Source: Eledone cirrhosa
Taxonomy: Eukaryota
Reading direction: 5' to 3'
Assembly: GCA_964016885.1 (NCBI GenBank)
Contig: OZ024742.1
Span: forward strand, 95,480,001-95,544,000
DNA length: 64,000 nucleotides
Shown: positions 13,378-24,175 of the stretch, piece by piece
How the letters are laid out: every line of letters begins with the position of its first letter
Numbering within the stretch: the first letter of the stretch is position 1
Position numbers and translations under genes: made by a program
Notes under the pieces: generated by a model
What the model was told of the DNA's origin: nothing
What the model saw: the letters and a program-made list of their open reading frames with translations, nothing else
The model's database searches: none

Positions 13378-14539
13378 AGTGTGTAGGAAAGGAGTAGGCA
13401 GAAACTCCATTTTATGTCCCAAATGCAAAGTATGGGTGCATAAAAGATGTAGTGGGATCACAGATAAGCTAACTAAGAATATAGATTTTATATGTGGCCG
13501 ATGCTCAGGTGCAATAAGTAACAGCAACTTCTCACAGAATACTAGCTCATTCCATTGCCCAGATGGTTCTGTGGAAATAGTGGGCACCTTCCTTTACCTG
13601 TGTGACGAAATCAGCAGTGGTGGAGAGTGCTCTGAAAGTACAGTAGCTAGAGTCAAAACGGGATGGAAAAAGTTCAGAGGGCTTATACCACTATTGGCCG
13701 CTAAAGGTTTCTCCCTAAAAATGAAAGGCAGGCTGTATGATGCATACGGACAACAATGTTACATGGCAGTGAGACTGGGGCATTGCGTGCAGAAGATCTA
13801 CGCAGACTGGAGAGGCACGAAGCTTGCATGCTGCGTCGGATGTGTAATAGTAATATACGTGAACGGCAAAGCATAAATGAACGAAGTGAGAAATTAGGAA
13901 TAAGAGGGATTAGATGCTGTTTACTTGAGAGAAGACTAGGTTGGTATGGTCACGTGATGCGCATGAAAGAAGACAGCTGTATAAAAAAGTGCAAGGCGAT
14001 CAAAATAGACGGTAGCCACGGAGTAGGCAGACCCAGAAAAACCTGGGACGACTTGATAAATTTCAACCTCACACACAACTTTCCAAGACAATGTAACTGG
14101 ACCGAGATCTTTGGCGCTACACAGTAATACAGAAGACCCGCCTTGCCTAAGTGCAAAGTGAAACCTACAGTCAGTAGGCACCTCTTACTAAAATACACCC
14201 CGTCCCACTACCCCCACCCCATCCACACCAACCCTTTCGATGTAAAGTTATGTTAGTACCACAACATCCAGTCCTAAATAAATGAGGTCGTGTAGTTGTT
14301 ACGACAAAAAACACACAGTCCACGCTGTAATGTGGCCGTGTAGGTAACACGGTAAAAACCTCTCAGTCCACACTGTAAACGTGGTCGGTGTTACGAAGAG
14401 GATCCAGCCGTAGAAAACCCGCCAGACAGTCCTATATGAGCAAGGCAACCAATCTGGCCTCAAGTGGGAAAATTCCCGTCCAAACCCATGCTAGCGTGGA
14501 AGATGGATGTTAAACGATGATGATGATGATGATGATGAT
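13378..14539 (+). mobile_element. 5'-truncated RTE LINE (PHD-like finger, RT C-terminus, 3' UTR, (GAT)n)
   Basis: ORFs 13379-13876 and 13756-14127: CRKGVGRNSILCPKCKVWVHKRC, ARVKTGWKKF, MLHGSET, GRPRKTW; frameshifted. Confidence 0.92.
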
Positions 14540-14556
14540 ATATATAGAGAGAGAGA

Positions 14557-14895
14557 CACATCGCTTAATGGTTAGAGCATTGGACTTGCAATCGAAAGGC
14601 TGTGAATTCAATTCTCAGACCGGGTGATGTGTTGTTCCCTTGAGCAAGACACTTTATTTCACATTGCTCCAGTTTACTCAGCTGAAGAAATGAGATGATA
14701 GGGACAGGGTCCATATCATTCCACTACAAAGCGGTCGTGGAGGTGCCACAGCAAAAAAAGCACCCAACTCTCACTGTACATGAGGTTGGTATTAGGAATG
14801 GCATCCAGCTGTAGAAATCAAGCCAGAATCGGTTCCCCTCCCACCCTTGCAAGCAGGGAAAAGCGGACGTAAAATGATGATGTTGATGATGATGA
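14557..14895 (+). mobile_element. tRNA-headed SINE with RTE-derived 3' tail
   Basis: GCTTAATGGTTAGAGC...GAATTCAATTC head, CCTTGAGCAAGACACTTTA core, RTE-like tail and (GAT)n; related copies at 41055-41290 (+) and ~58320-58790 (-). Confidence 0.7.
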
Positions 14896-15164
14896 AGATA
14901 TATAGGAAAATGTTATACCCCGACGGCTGAGCTCGAGCCGTTCGGACGGCTATTTCTGGACAAAATTAGAATTGTTAGCATGGTAATAAATAGCCGAACA
15001 TTTCATGGGGTAATTCCTTTTATAGGAAGATTGTAGTTGTCAAAAGGATTGGTCCAAATTTCTGGTATACACAATTAAGTCTTTCTTGGTGGTAGGTGGG
15101 CGGTGGGGGTGGCAGAACTTGCCTGTACAGCCAAGTTCAGCCACCCCCACCTCCCACCTATCAA

Positions 15165-16015
15165 CTTGCAACTCCTCTTGCTAAACTGTGGAGGAACTCA
15201 CTGGATTCTGGATATATTCCTGAAAACTATTTGTCCGAGTCCATTGTCCCAGTCTTCAAAAAGGGAAATAAGTCACTTGCAGTGAACTACCGTCCGATTT
15301 CACTCACCTCTCATATCATCAAGATATTTGAGAGGGTGGTGAGATCACAAATAACCCACTTTCTTGAAAGCAACGACCTGCTGAACTCCAACCAACATGG
15401 GTTCCGTAATGGAAGGGACTGCCTAATGCAGCTCCTGCGTCACTGTCCACTGTGGTCTCCCCACATGAAACAAAGTATCATGAAATTTGAAGCAACTCAA
15501 AGTTCAATTACAAAAGAGATAGATGGCATGACAGGTCTTGACTATTGGAGTCGATTAGAAAAGCTCAACCTTTATTCTCTCCAACGTTGCTGAGAGCGCT
15601 ACATTATCTGGATGATGTGGAAAATATTCCATCAGCTTTGCCCAAATGATGTTGGTATCACCTTTAATGTACACCCAAAGCTTGGGCCCCGCACTATCTG
15701 CCCACGACAAAAATCTAACTCGCATCTTATAACAACAATACGGCACAATTATTTCACCCCAATTGGCCCCGCTCTCTTTCACATTTCACCAAAACACATT
15801 AAAGCAGAAACAGACCCCATCAAGTTCAAGAAGTCTTTGGACAAATTCCTTCAAGAAATCACGGATAAACTTCCTACACCCGGATATGCCTCCGTAAACA
15901 ATAACTCTCTATTTCAGTGGGCCATGTTGCCCAAATCCTGATTTGAAAGACTTCGCCAGGTGATGCTATTAAGTTAGACATGGCTTGAGCCAATACTGGC
16001 CAAAACATATCAAAG
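15165..16015 (+). pseudogene. CR1-like LINE fragment with internal RT deletion
   Basis: IVPVFKKG..NYRPISLTSHIIKIFER..QHGFRNGRDC joined directly to PLWSPH..LDYWSRLEKLNLYSLQR..FKKSLDKFL. Confidence 0.85.
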
Positions 16016-16026
16016 TTATATATATA

Positions 16027-16055
<29 letters not shown>

Positions 16056-16062
<7 letters not shown>

Positions 16063-16763
16063 TAAAGTTAGTCCTTCATCAGTGATCTTCCATCCTTCAT
16101 TGGTATTTCATCGCTTTAAAGACCATATACCTCAGGTTGGTGCGAGCAACGGCTAAAGAAATTCGTTGGGAAACGTAAATAAGGGGAACGAGCGAGACTG
16201 TAAACAATCAAATATAGTAATCAAACGAGAAGTGGGGAAGAAAGAGTCAAGTCCCAGATTTCTATGAATGTAAGTTCGATGAAATCGTGAACGAGAGAGA
16301 ATAAAGACCATCAAACCTAGTCGAAATGTGAGCAAGGAAGGAATTCCGCACATGTCAAACCGGAGGAAGAAGGAGTCTAGTCCCTGAATTCGGTAAACAA
16401 GTTCTGTGAAATCGTAGACAAGAGAGAAAAAAGGAACAACCAGCCTGGTCAAGCGTGCACGAGAAAAGAATTACGCACGCACAGGTCAAACGGGAGGAAG
16501 TAGGAGAGGTACTAGCAGAGAGTGAGTGAAGGGTGGGGAAGAGGCTAACAGAGAGAGTGAGTGTTAGAGAGGGTAAAGGGAGGTGAAAGATACAGAGAAA
16601 GAGGAAGCAGTAAGAACGAAATAGACGGGTCACAGCGGAGGAAAATATATGTGTGAATATGAAAACAAACGTGCTGCGTGGTTGCAAATGGGTTACATAT
16701 GAATAAAGTTAGTCCTTCATCAGTGATCTTCCAACCTTCATTGGTATTTCATCGCTTTAAAGA

Positions 16764-16770
<7 letters not shown>
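16056..16770. mobile_element. Unclassified element with ~70-bp terminal direct repeats, inserted in (TA)n
   Basis: 16059-16128 repeated at 16700-16769 (period 641); both flanks are (TA)n. Confidence 0.7.
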
Positions 16771-16826
<56 letters not shown>

Positions 16827-16831
<5 letters not shown>

Positions 16832-16992
16832 CCGAATAACCATGCCCTTTACCAGCTGAGGATCTGCTAAGGTGAAACAATTGTTCTCGGTATGGTGAAC
16901 TAATTGTTGTGTAACCACTTCTACCTAACTCGTCCCATGGACTGAGTGCTCTACCACTAGGGATATTACCTTCCAGTGTTCTACCATTATAT
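16827..16992 (+). mobile_element. Short HHR element (family E), HHR at 16851-16891
   Basis: ACCAG-CTGAGGA-TCTGCTAAGGT-GAAA-CAATTG-TT-CTCGGT; related copies at 27827-27940 and 32434-32652. Confidence 0.78.
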
Positions 16993-17002
16993 TTATATAT
17001 AT

Positions 17003-17622
17003 AGGGGAACGGATAAATGAACACTGGCGAAAGCTTCAAGATAGTAAAGAATCATCTGTACTCCACCAACATGCTAAAATAGAACATAAGTGTAAATTAG
17101 AGAACATAGAAATAAAAATAGACTCTACACACAGAAAAGACGCAATGTTTAGACAAATCACAGAGGCAATAAACATAAATGAACTCCATTCAAAATTAAA
17201 TAGAAAACATGAATGGAACAGCAACATCACTTACAATTAAGGACAAAATGAGAACACACACACACATAGAACAAACAACCAACCAGTAACATGTAAATAA
17301 ACAAATAAATAAACAAATATAAACACACATAGACACCCGGATGTAACACATGCGCAAACTAAGCACACAACACACACAAAAACAAGATGGCGTAGGACAG
17401 AACAAAGGAGAGGCACAAAAACAAAGAAAATAATCTCCAGTCACTGAAGAGGTCACATAATGTGTGACGAAAGAACTTTGACAATATATGAACAATCGTC
17501 TGGTTGTGGAACCAACCAACCAACCGGAAATTTATAAATTTAATTTAAAATAAATAGAAGTGAAAGCAACTAGTGCGTGTGTTTCTTATTGACAACATGA
17601 CCCTCCCAAAGCATAACAATAT
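17003..17622 (+). mobile_element. Penelope-like element 3' end (family C), HHR at 17440-17482
   Basis: Homologous to 2935-3573; GTCA-CTGAAGA-G-GTCACA..TGTGAC-GAAA-GAAC-TT-TGAC. Confidence 0.88.
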
Positions 17623-17631
17623 ATATATATT

Positions 17632-17666
<35 letters not shown>

Positions 17667-18062
17667 ATATTTTAATTGTATATTAATTTTGATTTATTTT
17701 GAAAAATTGGTTGAATTTTACTTGTTCTGCTTATCTTGATATTAAGTTCTGGTATATCAAATTATTACCATAGAACCACCTTTAATCATAGACACACTAT
17801 ATATTTCCGGGGGTACATTGTACCCTCAGATATATATTAACCTTATTCAACAATCTCCAGTATGTAGAGATAAATCTTTGTCGTTCTATTTAGTTGCTAA
17901 AAATCTTTTTTAGTAGCGATCATAGACGGCTAGTCTACGATTTCCCGCCTTCACTATACACCAATGTATTTACGGGTCACTTTCACGACCTTTCAGACCT
18001 GTATTAGTTGGAGTGAGGTCATATATTTTGTCGTTCCTGGGGTTTTTAACCCTAGGACAGGA

Positions 18063-18152
18063 AAATGTTTCTCTGATGATCGTTGCTTTTCCATTAATAT
18101 CCTCGTGATATTTAATGTTTTGCACCGTGAAACTGTACAGTTAGGGCCATTT
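18063..18152 (+). ncRNA. Type I hammerhead ribozyme (family F, copy 1)
   Basis: AAATGTTTCT-CTGATGA-TCGTTGC...GCACCGT-GAAA-CTGTACAG-TT-AGGGCCATTT. Confidence 0.85.
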
Positions 18153-18585
18153 GAATAGGTAAATATTTATATTATATTTTTTAATTTTGATTAATTTTAA
18201 TTGTATATTAATTTTGATTTATTTTGAAAAATTGGTTGAATTTTACTTGTTCTGCTTATCTTGATATTAAGTTCTGGTATATCAAATTATTACCATAGAA
18301 CCACCTTTAATCATAGACACTATATATTTCCGGGGGTACATTGTACCCTCAGATATATATTAACCTAATTCAACAATCTCCAGTATGTAGAGATAAATCT
18401 TTGTCGTTCTATTTAGTTGCTAAAAATCTTTTTTAGTAGCGATCATAGACGGCTAGTCTACGATTTCCCGCCTTCACTATACACCAATGTATTTACGGGT
18501 CACTTTCACGACCTTTCAGACCTGTATTAGTTGGAGTGAGGTCATATATTTTGTCGTTCCTGGGGTTTTTAACCCTAGGACAGGA

Positions 18586-18675
18586 AAATGCTTCTCTGAT
18601 GATCGTTGCTTTTCCATTAATATCCTCGTGATATTTAATGTTTTGCACCGTGAAACTGTACAGTTAGGGCCATTT
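18586..18675 (+). ncRNA. Type I hammerhead ribozyme (family F, copy 2)
   Basis: Same motif 523 nt downstream. Confidence 0.85.
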
Positions 18676-18786
18676 GAATAGGTAAATATTTATATTATAT
18701 TTTTTAATTTTGATTAATTTTAATTGTATATTAATTTTGATTTATTTTGAAAAATTGGTTGAATTTTACTTGTTCTGCTTATCTTG

Positions 18787-18822
<36 letters not shown>

Positions 18823-18854
18823 ATATATATTTATTTATATATGTATATATATAC

Positions 18855-19355
18855 GTGGGAAAGTAAAAAATCGGAGAATAGACCGTTAAAACATATTTAT
18901 TTAAAACAGCACCTACGTACGTTTCGCCCAGTTGGGCTTCTCAAGGGCATAAATAATCACAAGTGTTCCTTATATTGCTCGGAAAGAGTTTGGGGGGTTA
19001 AATCCACATCAAGGTTCATTGCTCGCAAAAATATCTTGTTTTGATTTTGCAGCAGGTAACTCTTGCCGGTGTTAGGGCAGTCTTTCCAGGACAATTTTTT
19101 TTTTTTTTCTTCTTGCCGCAACTGTTTGTCTGAGGCTGGGTCTGGTACGCAAGGATTGTTTCCTGGGTTTTATTTTGCAGCGCCTGTCCGCCGGGGTGTT
19201 AAGACTTGTTGCAGGGAGATCCGGTGTACGGTTTCACTCCTCATTCTTAACCCATCTGAAGAAGGATATTTTTAAGCGATGTGTACAACTCATCGCTGTT
19301 TCAGCTCTGCTGTTGATGAGCTCGTGGGGTGCAGTTATGATGTGGTAGAGCTCCA
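18855..19355 (-). mobile_element. PLE 3' end (endonuclease C-terminus + UTR) with U3-A8 HHR at 18909-18949
   Basis: Reverse complement translates ELYHIITAPHELINSRAETAMSCTHR (cf. LLNKKSEVFASCQHR near 46600); HHR GCCC-TTGAGAA-GCCC aact GGGC-GAAA-CGTACG-TA-GGTGC. Confidence 0.75.
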
Positions 19356-19390
19356 TATATTTATATATATATATATATATTTATTTATAT

Positions 19391-19430
<40 letters not shown>

Positions 19431-19434
<4 letters not shown>

Positions 19435-19905
19435 TATAAAGAAAACGAAAAAGCAGTGATGCATCTGGACTTAATTTATTGCGTGTTACAATTGTTTCGC
19501 CGGCAGGTAGCTCGAGACATGGTCCTTGTATGGATCTGGCTGATTCTACGGCTGCAGGTTCTTTCAGACACGGGTATTTCGTTCGGAGCAAATTTTATCA
19601 CGCAAATCAACAACAGAGTGATAAAATTTCATCAAGCACAGCAACATCAGAGTGATAACATTTGCTCCGAACGAAATACCCGTGTCTAAAAGAACCTGCG
19701 GCCGTAGAATCAGCCAGATCCATACAGGGACCATGTCTGGAGCTACCTACCGGCGAAACAATTGTAACACGCAATAAATTAAGTCCAGATGCATCACTGA
19801 TTTTTCGTTTTCTTTATACTATCTACACTATACTCTGGCGAATATCGAGTGCTAATTCTGGCATACCGCCTATGGAAGCACCATAGCTACGATTATACAC
19901 AACTA
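19431..19905. mobile_element. Head-to-head fold-back element with atypical HHR-like motif (family H)
   Basis: 171-bp arms 19431-19601 and 19652-19822 with a 50-bp spacer; CGTGT-CTGAAAGA...GCCG..CGGC-GAAA-CAATTG-TA-ACACG. Confidence 0.8.
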
Positions 19906-19920
19906 TATATATATATCATA

Positions 19921-20047
19921 ATTTCTGAAGACAGCATATATATGTGTAGGTATGTATATTCCCTCTGATAGTTTGTAAAATGTTTACATAGACTATATGA
20001 TATACATACCAACACACACATATATATCCTAGAAACGATCGTAAAAT
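19921..20047 (+). ncRNA. Type I hammerhead with ~100-nt stem II (family I)
   Basis: ATTT-CTGAAGA-long hairpin (GGTATGTATAT/ATATACATACC etc.)-GAAA-CGATCG-TA-AAAT. Confidence 0.72.
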
Positions 20048-20095
20048 GGTGAATTTTTTAATATAAGGAACTGTTTCTTTGTTTTTATTCATTGT

Positions 20096-20151
<56 letters not shown>

Positions 20152-20169
20152 CGTTTCTGAATTTGTTTA

Positions 20170-20292
20170 ACAACCGTCCGGTTATGGAACCAACCAACCG
20201 GAAATTTATAAATTTAATTTATAATAAATTGGAGTGAAAGCAACTGGTGCGTGTGTTTCTTATTGGCAACATGACCCTCCCATAGCATAACA

Positions 20293-20295
<3 letters not shown>
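20170..20295 (+). mobile_element. Family C PLE extreme 3' end
   Basis: Matches 3425-3573. Confidence 0.8.
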
Positions 20296-20338
<43 letters not shown>

Positions 20339-20367
20339 CTATATATATATATATATATATATATACA

Positions 20368-21108
20368 ATATATATAGAGAAACACACAAATACAATCGGA
20401 TACATACATATACATGAATATATCCACACATATCCCTGTGGACTAAAGAACCAGCTAGGTATGATATATCTTATTACTAATTATATCTAATGTTTCTTCT
20501 TTCTTTATAATGTACTTTATAGCTCTGATACTGAATCAGTCTAATCCATTCGGATAGTTCTGTCCCAGTTATTCATAGAGCAACATCGGTTGAGGTTGGC
20601 ACCACTAACACAGGGATATGTGTGGATATATTCATGTATATGTATGTGTCCGCATGTATCTGTGTGTTTCTCTCTATATATTATTTATAAGTCCCTTTGG
20701 TCGAGTAACCTTTGAAGTGTAGTGACTGCTGGATAGCTACCATTAGTCATACTTCTCGCCTTCTCAAACCACCTCTTCTACGGCTTTGATATGAATACCC
20801 CCTCCACCTCCGTGGTATTTTTTTCAGGGTTATAAGGGGCTTAGCTCTGTTTATTGACCGCTGTATCACGTGATTGACTCTCCCTCCGCCTTTTCGAGAT
20901 TCTATCTCGCGCATTGCAGACGTGTTTTGAAATCCTTAATGAGGTATCCCCTTGATAAGTCGGCAGAACCTCACAAAAACTCTATATCTCTATGATTTAG
21001 TGTTTTTGAATAATATGCCACGAAACTACGTAGTTGGGGACTGAAGAACCAGCTAGGTATGATATATCTTATTACTAATTATATCTAATGTTGCTTCTCT
21101 CTTCATAA
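20368..21108 (+). mobile_element. ~600-nt HHR element with terminal direct repeat and inverted 5' piece (family J)
   Basis: 20439-20510 repeats 21038-21108; 20368-20439 is inverted relative to 20610-20682; HHR at 20947-21040. Confidence 0.75.
20947..21040 (+). ncRNA. Type I hammerhead, U3-A8 core variant (family J)
   Basis: TCCCC-TTGATAA-GTCGGCA...TGCCAC-GAAA-CTACGTAG-TT-GGGGA. Confidence 0.75.
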
Positions 21109-21364
21109 TATATATATATATAAATTTGAATTAATCCCTTTGGAAAAAAGGATGCCCTGAAACTACCATACTCTCTTACTTCGGGTGAAACTCTAGTGGC
21201 ATCCAATAACATCAGAGAGTAATTGTGGACAACAAGATAAGCTGGGCCACTCATATAAACAGCAAAGTTGATATGGCCCGCAAAATGTATTCCTGACTTC
21301 TCAGAAATTTCCAGTCGAGAGATATCCACACTGTTATCCTTCTTTTCGCCACTTTTGCCCGAAC

Positions 21365-21652
21365 CCACCTTGAATACTCTTGTCCACTGTGGTCACCCCA
21401 CACGAAACAAAGTATCATGAAAGTTGAAGCACCCCAAAGGTCAATTACAAAAAAAGATAGATGGTATGACAGGCCTTGACTATTGGAGTCAATTAGAAAA
21501 GCTCAAACTTTATTCTCTCCAACGTCTCCGTGAGTGCTACATTATCTGTATGATGTCGAAAATATTCCATCAGCTTTGCCCAATTGATGTTGGCATCACC
21601 TTTAATGTACACCCAAGGCTAGGGCACCGCGCTATCTGCCCACGACAGAAAT
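21365..21652 (+). pseudogene. CR1-like LINE fragment (same family as 15165-16015)
   Basis: PHLEYSCPLWSPH..IDGMTGLDYWSQLEKLKLYSLQRLRE. Confidence 0.82.
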
Positions 21653-21670
21653 CATATATATATACATATA

Positions 21671-21788
21671 TATAAACGTTTGTATATGTATAATAAAGCC
21701 AAAACAATGCAGGTATGAACATAGAATAAAGGATGCAAATGCAAAAGATATTGTTTTGGCTTTATTATACATATACAAACGTTTATAT
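21671..21788. mobile_element. Family A 3'-end fold-back fragment
   Basis: AAACGTTTGTATATGTATAATAAAGCCAAAACAAT and its exact reverse complement; matches 1245-1322. Confidence 0.75.
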
Positions 21789-21836
21789 ATATTTATATAT
21801 TTATGTATATATATTTATATATCTATATATATATCT

Positions 21837-21893
<57 letters not shown>

Positions 21894-21979
21894 CAAAAGG
21901 GATATTCAATTTGTTGGTAATTCAACAAATATAAATGTTCATAACTGATTCAGAGCACTCGACAAGTTTCAATGATATT

Positions 21980-22202
21980 AAATAAATGGAAACTATATTT
22001 ATAAAACCATATTTATTCTTAATGGTTCAAGTTTTTCTATCCAAGAAAAACTTGAACCGTTAAGGTATCTTTTCTTGGTTATGTCAACATTTATAAAACA
22101 AATTTTGTATGTTATCTGATGAGAGCATACCAAAGTTTTGGTACCCTTGAAATATATATAATAGAATAAATATGGTTTTATAAGTATAGTTTCCATTTAT
22201 TT
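21980..22202. mobile_element. Fold-back element with HHR at 22111-22168 (+) (family K)
   Basis: 40-bp arms 21980-22019 and 22163-22202; TAT-CTGATGA-GAG..TACCAAA gt TTTGGTA..CTT-GAAA-TATATA-TA-ATA. Confidence 0.72.
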
Positions 22203-22458
22203 GCCAAGATGGCGTAGGACAGAACAAAGGAGAGGCACAAAAAGAAAGAAAAGAATCCCCAGTCACTGAAGAGGTCACAGAATGTGTGACGAAAGAACTT
22301 TGACAATATATGAACAATCGTCTGATTGTGGAACCAACCAACCAACCGGAAATTTATAAATTCCTAAATTTATAAGTTTAATTTATAATAAATTGAAGTG
22401 AAAGCAATTTGCGTGTGTTTCTTATTGGCAACATGACCCTCTCAATGTATAACAATAT
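22203..22458 (+). mobile_element. Family C PLE 3' end, HHR at 22262-22304
   Basis: Matches 17385-17622. Confidence 0.85.
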
Positions 22459-22512
22459 CGGTTTCAACACACGATTTCAGATAAAGTATCTTGCTAAACA
22501 AATTCAGAATCG

Positions 22513-22575
<63 letters not shown>

Positions 22576-22576
<1 letters not shown>

Positions 22577-23805
22577 TGAAACAAAATGAAAACGAAATTT
22601 CATTTCTCACTCTTAGTATGGCACTTACTTAAATGTAAGTATGCATGTATACGTACATACATATATGTATACAGACGTACAGTAGCATGCACATATATAT
22701 ATATATATATATATACACATACATATGCATACAGGTACACATACATATATGCACGTATCAGTTTAGCGGCGCTTATTATAACGTCGCTTTGTTCGTTTGT
22801 AAACAAACTGAACAGCCTGAATTTATGCCATACGGTGTTAAGGCAATCACGTCACCTTTTTGTTCAACACTGACACAGGAACGATGTACTAGTTTCAAGC
22901 TTGTTAGCTATCATCAGCACCGTTTACCCATCTGCCAGATAGTTGAACGTTCGAAAGTATATACTTTCCTTATGAAAATTAACGGCTGAGCAGCCTAATT
23001 TGCATATTGAGTGAGTTAAATCGGTCAGGCATACCGAAAACGATAAATTGAAACCAAATGAAAACGAAATTTCATTTCTCACTCTTAGTATGGCACTTAC
23101 TTAAATGTAAGTATGCATGTATACGTACATACATATATGTATACAGACGTACAGTAGCATGCACATATATATATATATATATATACACATACATATGCAT
23201 ACAGGTACACATACATATATGCACGTATCAGTTTAGCGGCGCTTATTATAACGTCGCTTTGTTCGTTTGTAAACAAACTGAACAGCCTGAATTTATGCCA
23301 TAGGGTGTTAAGGCAACCACGTCATCTTTTTGTTCAACACTGACACAGAAACGATGTACTAGTTTCAAGCTTGTTAGCTATCATCAGCACCGTTTACCCA
23401 TCTGCCAGATAGTTGAACGTTCGAAAGTATATACTTTCCTTATGAAAATTAACGGCTGAGCAGCTTAAGGAAAGTATATACTTTCGAACGTTCAACTATC
23501 TGGCAGATGGGTAAACGGTGCTGATGATAGCTAACAAGCTTGAAACTAGTACATCGTTCCTGTGTCAGTGTTGAACAAAAAGGTGACGTGGTTGCCTTAA
23601 CACCGTATGGCATAAATTCAGGCTGTTCAGTTTGTTTACAAACGAACAAAGCGACGTTATAATAAGCGCCGCTAAACTGATACGTGCATATATGTATGTG
23701 TACCTGTATGCATATGTATGTGTATATATATATATATATATATGTGCATGCTACTGTACGTCTGTATACATATATGTATGTACGTATACATGCATACTTA
23801 CATTT
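22576..23805. repeat. ~470-bp HHR monomer: two tandem copies (-) plus one inverted copy (+) (family L)
   Basis: Duplicated ORF starts at 22586 and 23058; inversion junction near 23465; HHRs at 22880-22924 (-), 23350-23394 (-) and 23514-23558 (+). Confidence 0.9.
23514..23558 (+). ncRNA. Type I hammerhead ribozyme (family L)
   Basis: AACGGTG-CTGATGA-T AGCT aaca AGCT T-GAAA-CTAG-TA-CATCGTT. Confidence 0.9.
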
Positions 23806-23837
23806 ATATATATATATATAGTTTTAATATAGAAGAC

Positions 23838-23884
23838 CTTCTACAGGACTAGAACTGTTTTATTCGTGAGAAATCATCAGGAAG
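23838..23884 (-). ncRNA. Hammerhead with a single core mutation (G12A)
   Basis: Reverse complement CTTC-CTGATGA-TTTC tcac GAAT-AAAA-CAG..CTG-TA-GAAG. Confidence 0.65.
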
Positions 23885-24104
23885 CTGGTTGTCCAAGTAA
23901 ATGGTAGTATTTATGTCTTTCTTTATCTGGTGGTAGGAGAGGGTGGGGATTGGGATGGGTGTAGGTCATTGGTTGAATGATTTAAAGAAAAGGGAAATTC
24001 TTTAGAAGCTAATACTTTAAGGCTGAAATAAGTGTGACAAATGCAGAAAAGGTTACATCAAGAGATTCAAGTGCTGAGGTGAACCCCCTATTGTGAAGTT
24101 TCTC

Positions 24105-24175
<71 letters not shown>

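Larger units (their letters stand above)
17671..18790 (+). repeat. Tandem array (~2.1 units of 523 bp), one HHR per unit (family F, retrozyme-like)
   Basis: Identical ORFs at 17964 and 18487 give period 523; HHRs at 18063-18152 and 18586-18675; (TA)n on both sides. Confidence 0.9.

Noticed and set aside
17964-18681. Duplicated identical 64-aa ORF
   Set aside because: By-product of the 523-bp tandem duplication; overlaps the HHR and has no protein features
19431-19822. MITE/DNA-transposon interpretation of the inverted repeats
   Set aside because: Arm lengths and junctions vary between copies of the same families, one arm often extends further, and the arms contain strand-specific HHRs, which fits retro-insertion better than fixed TIRs
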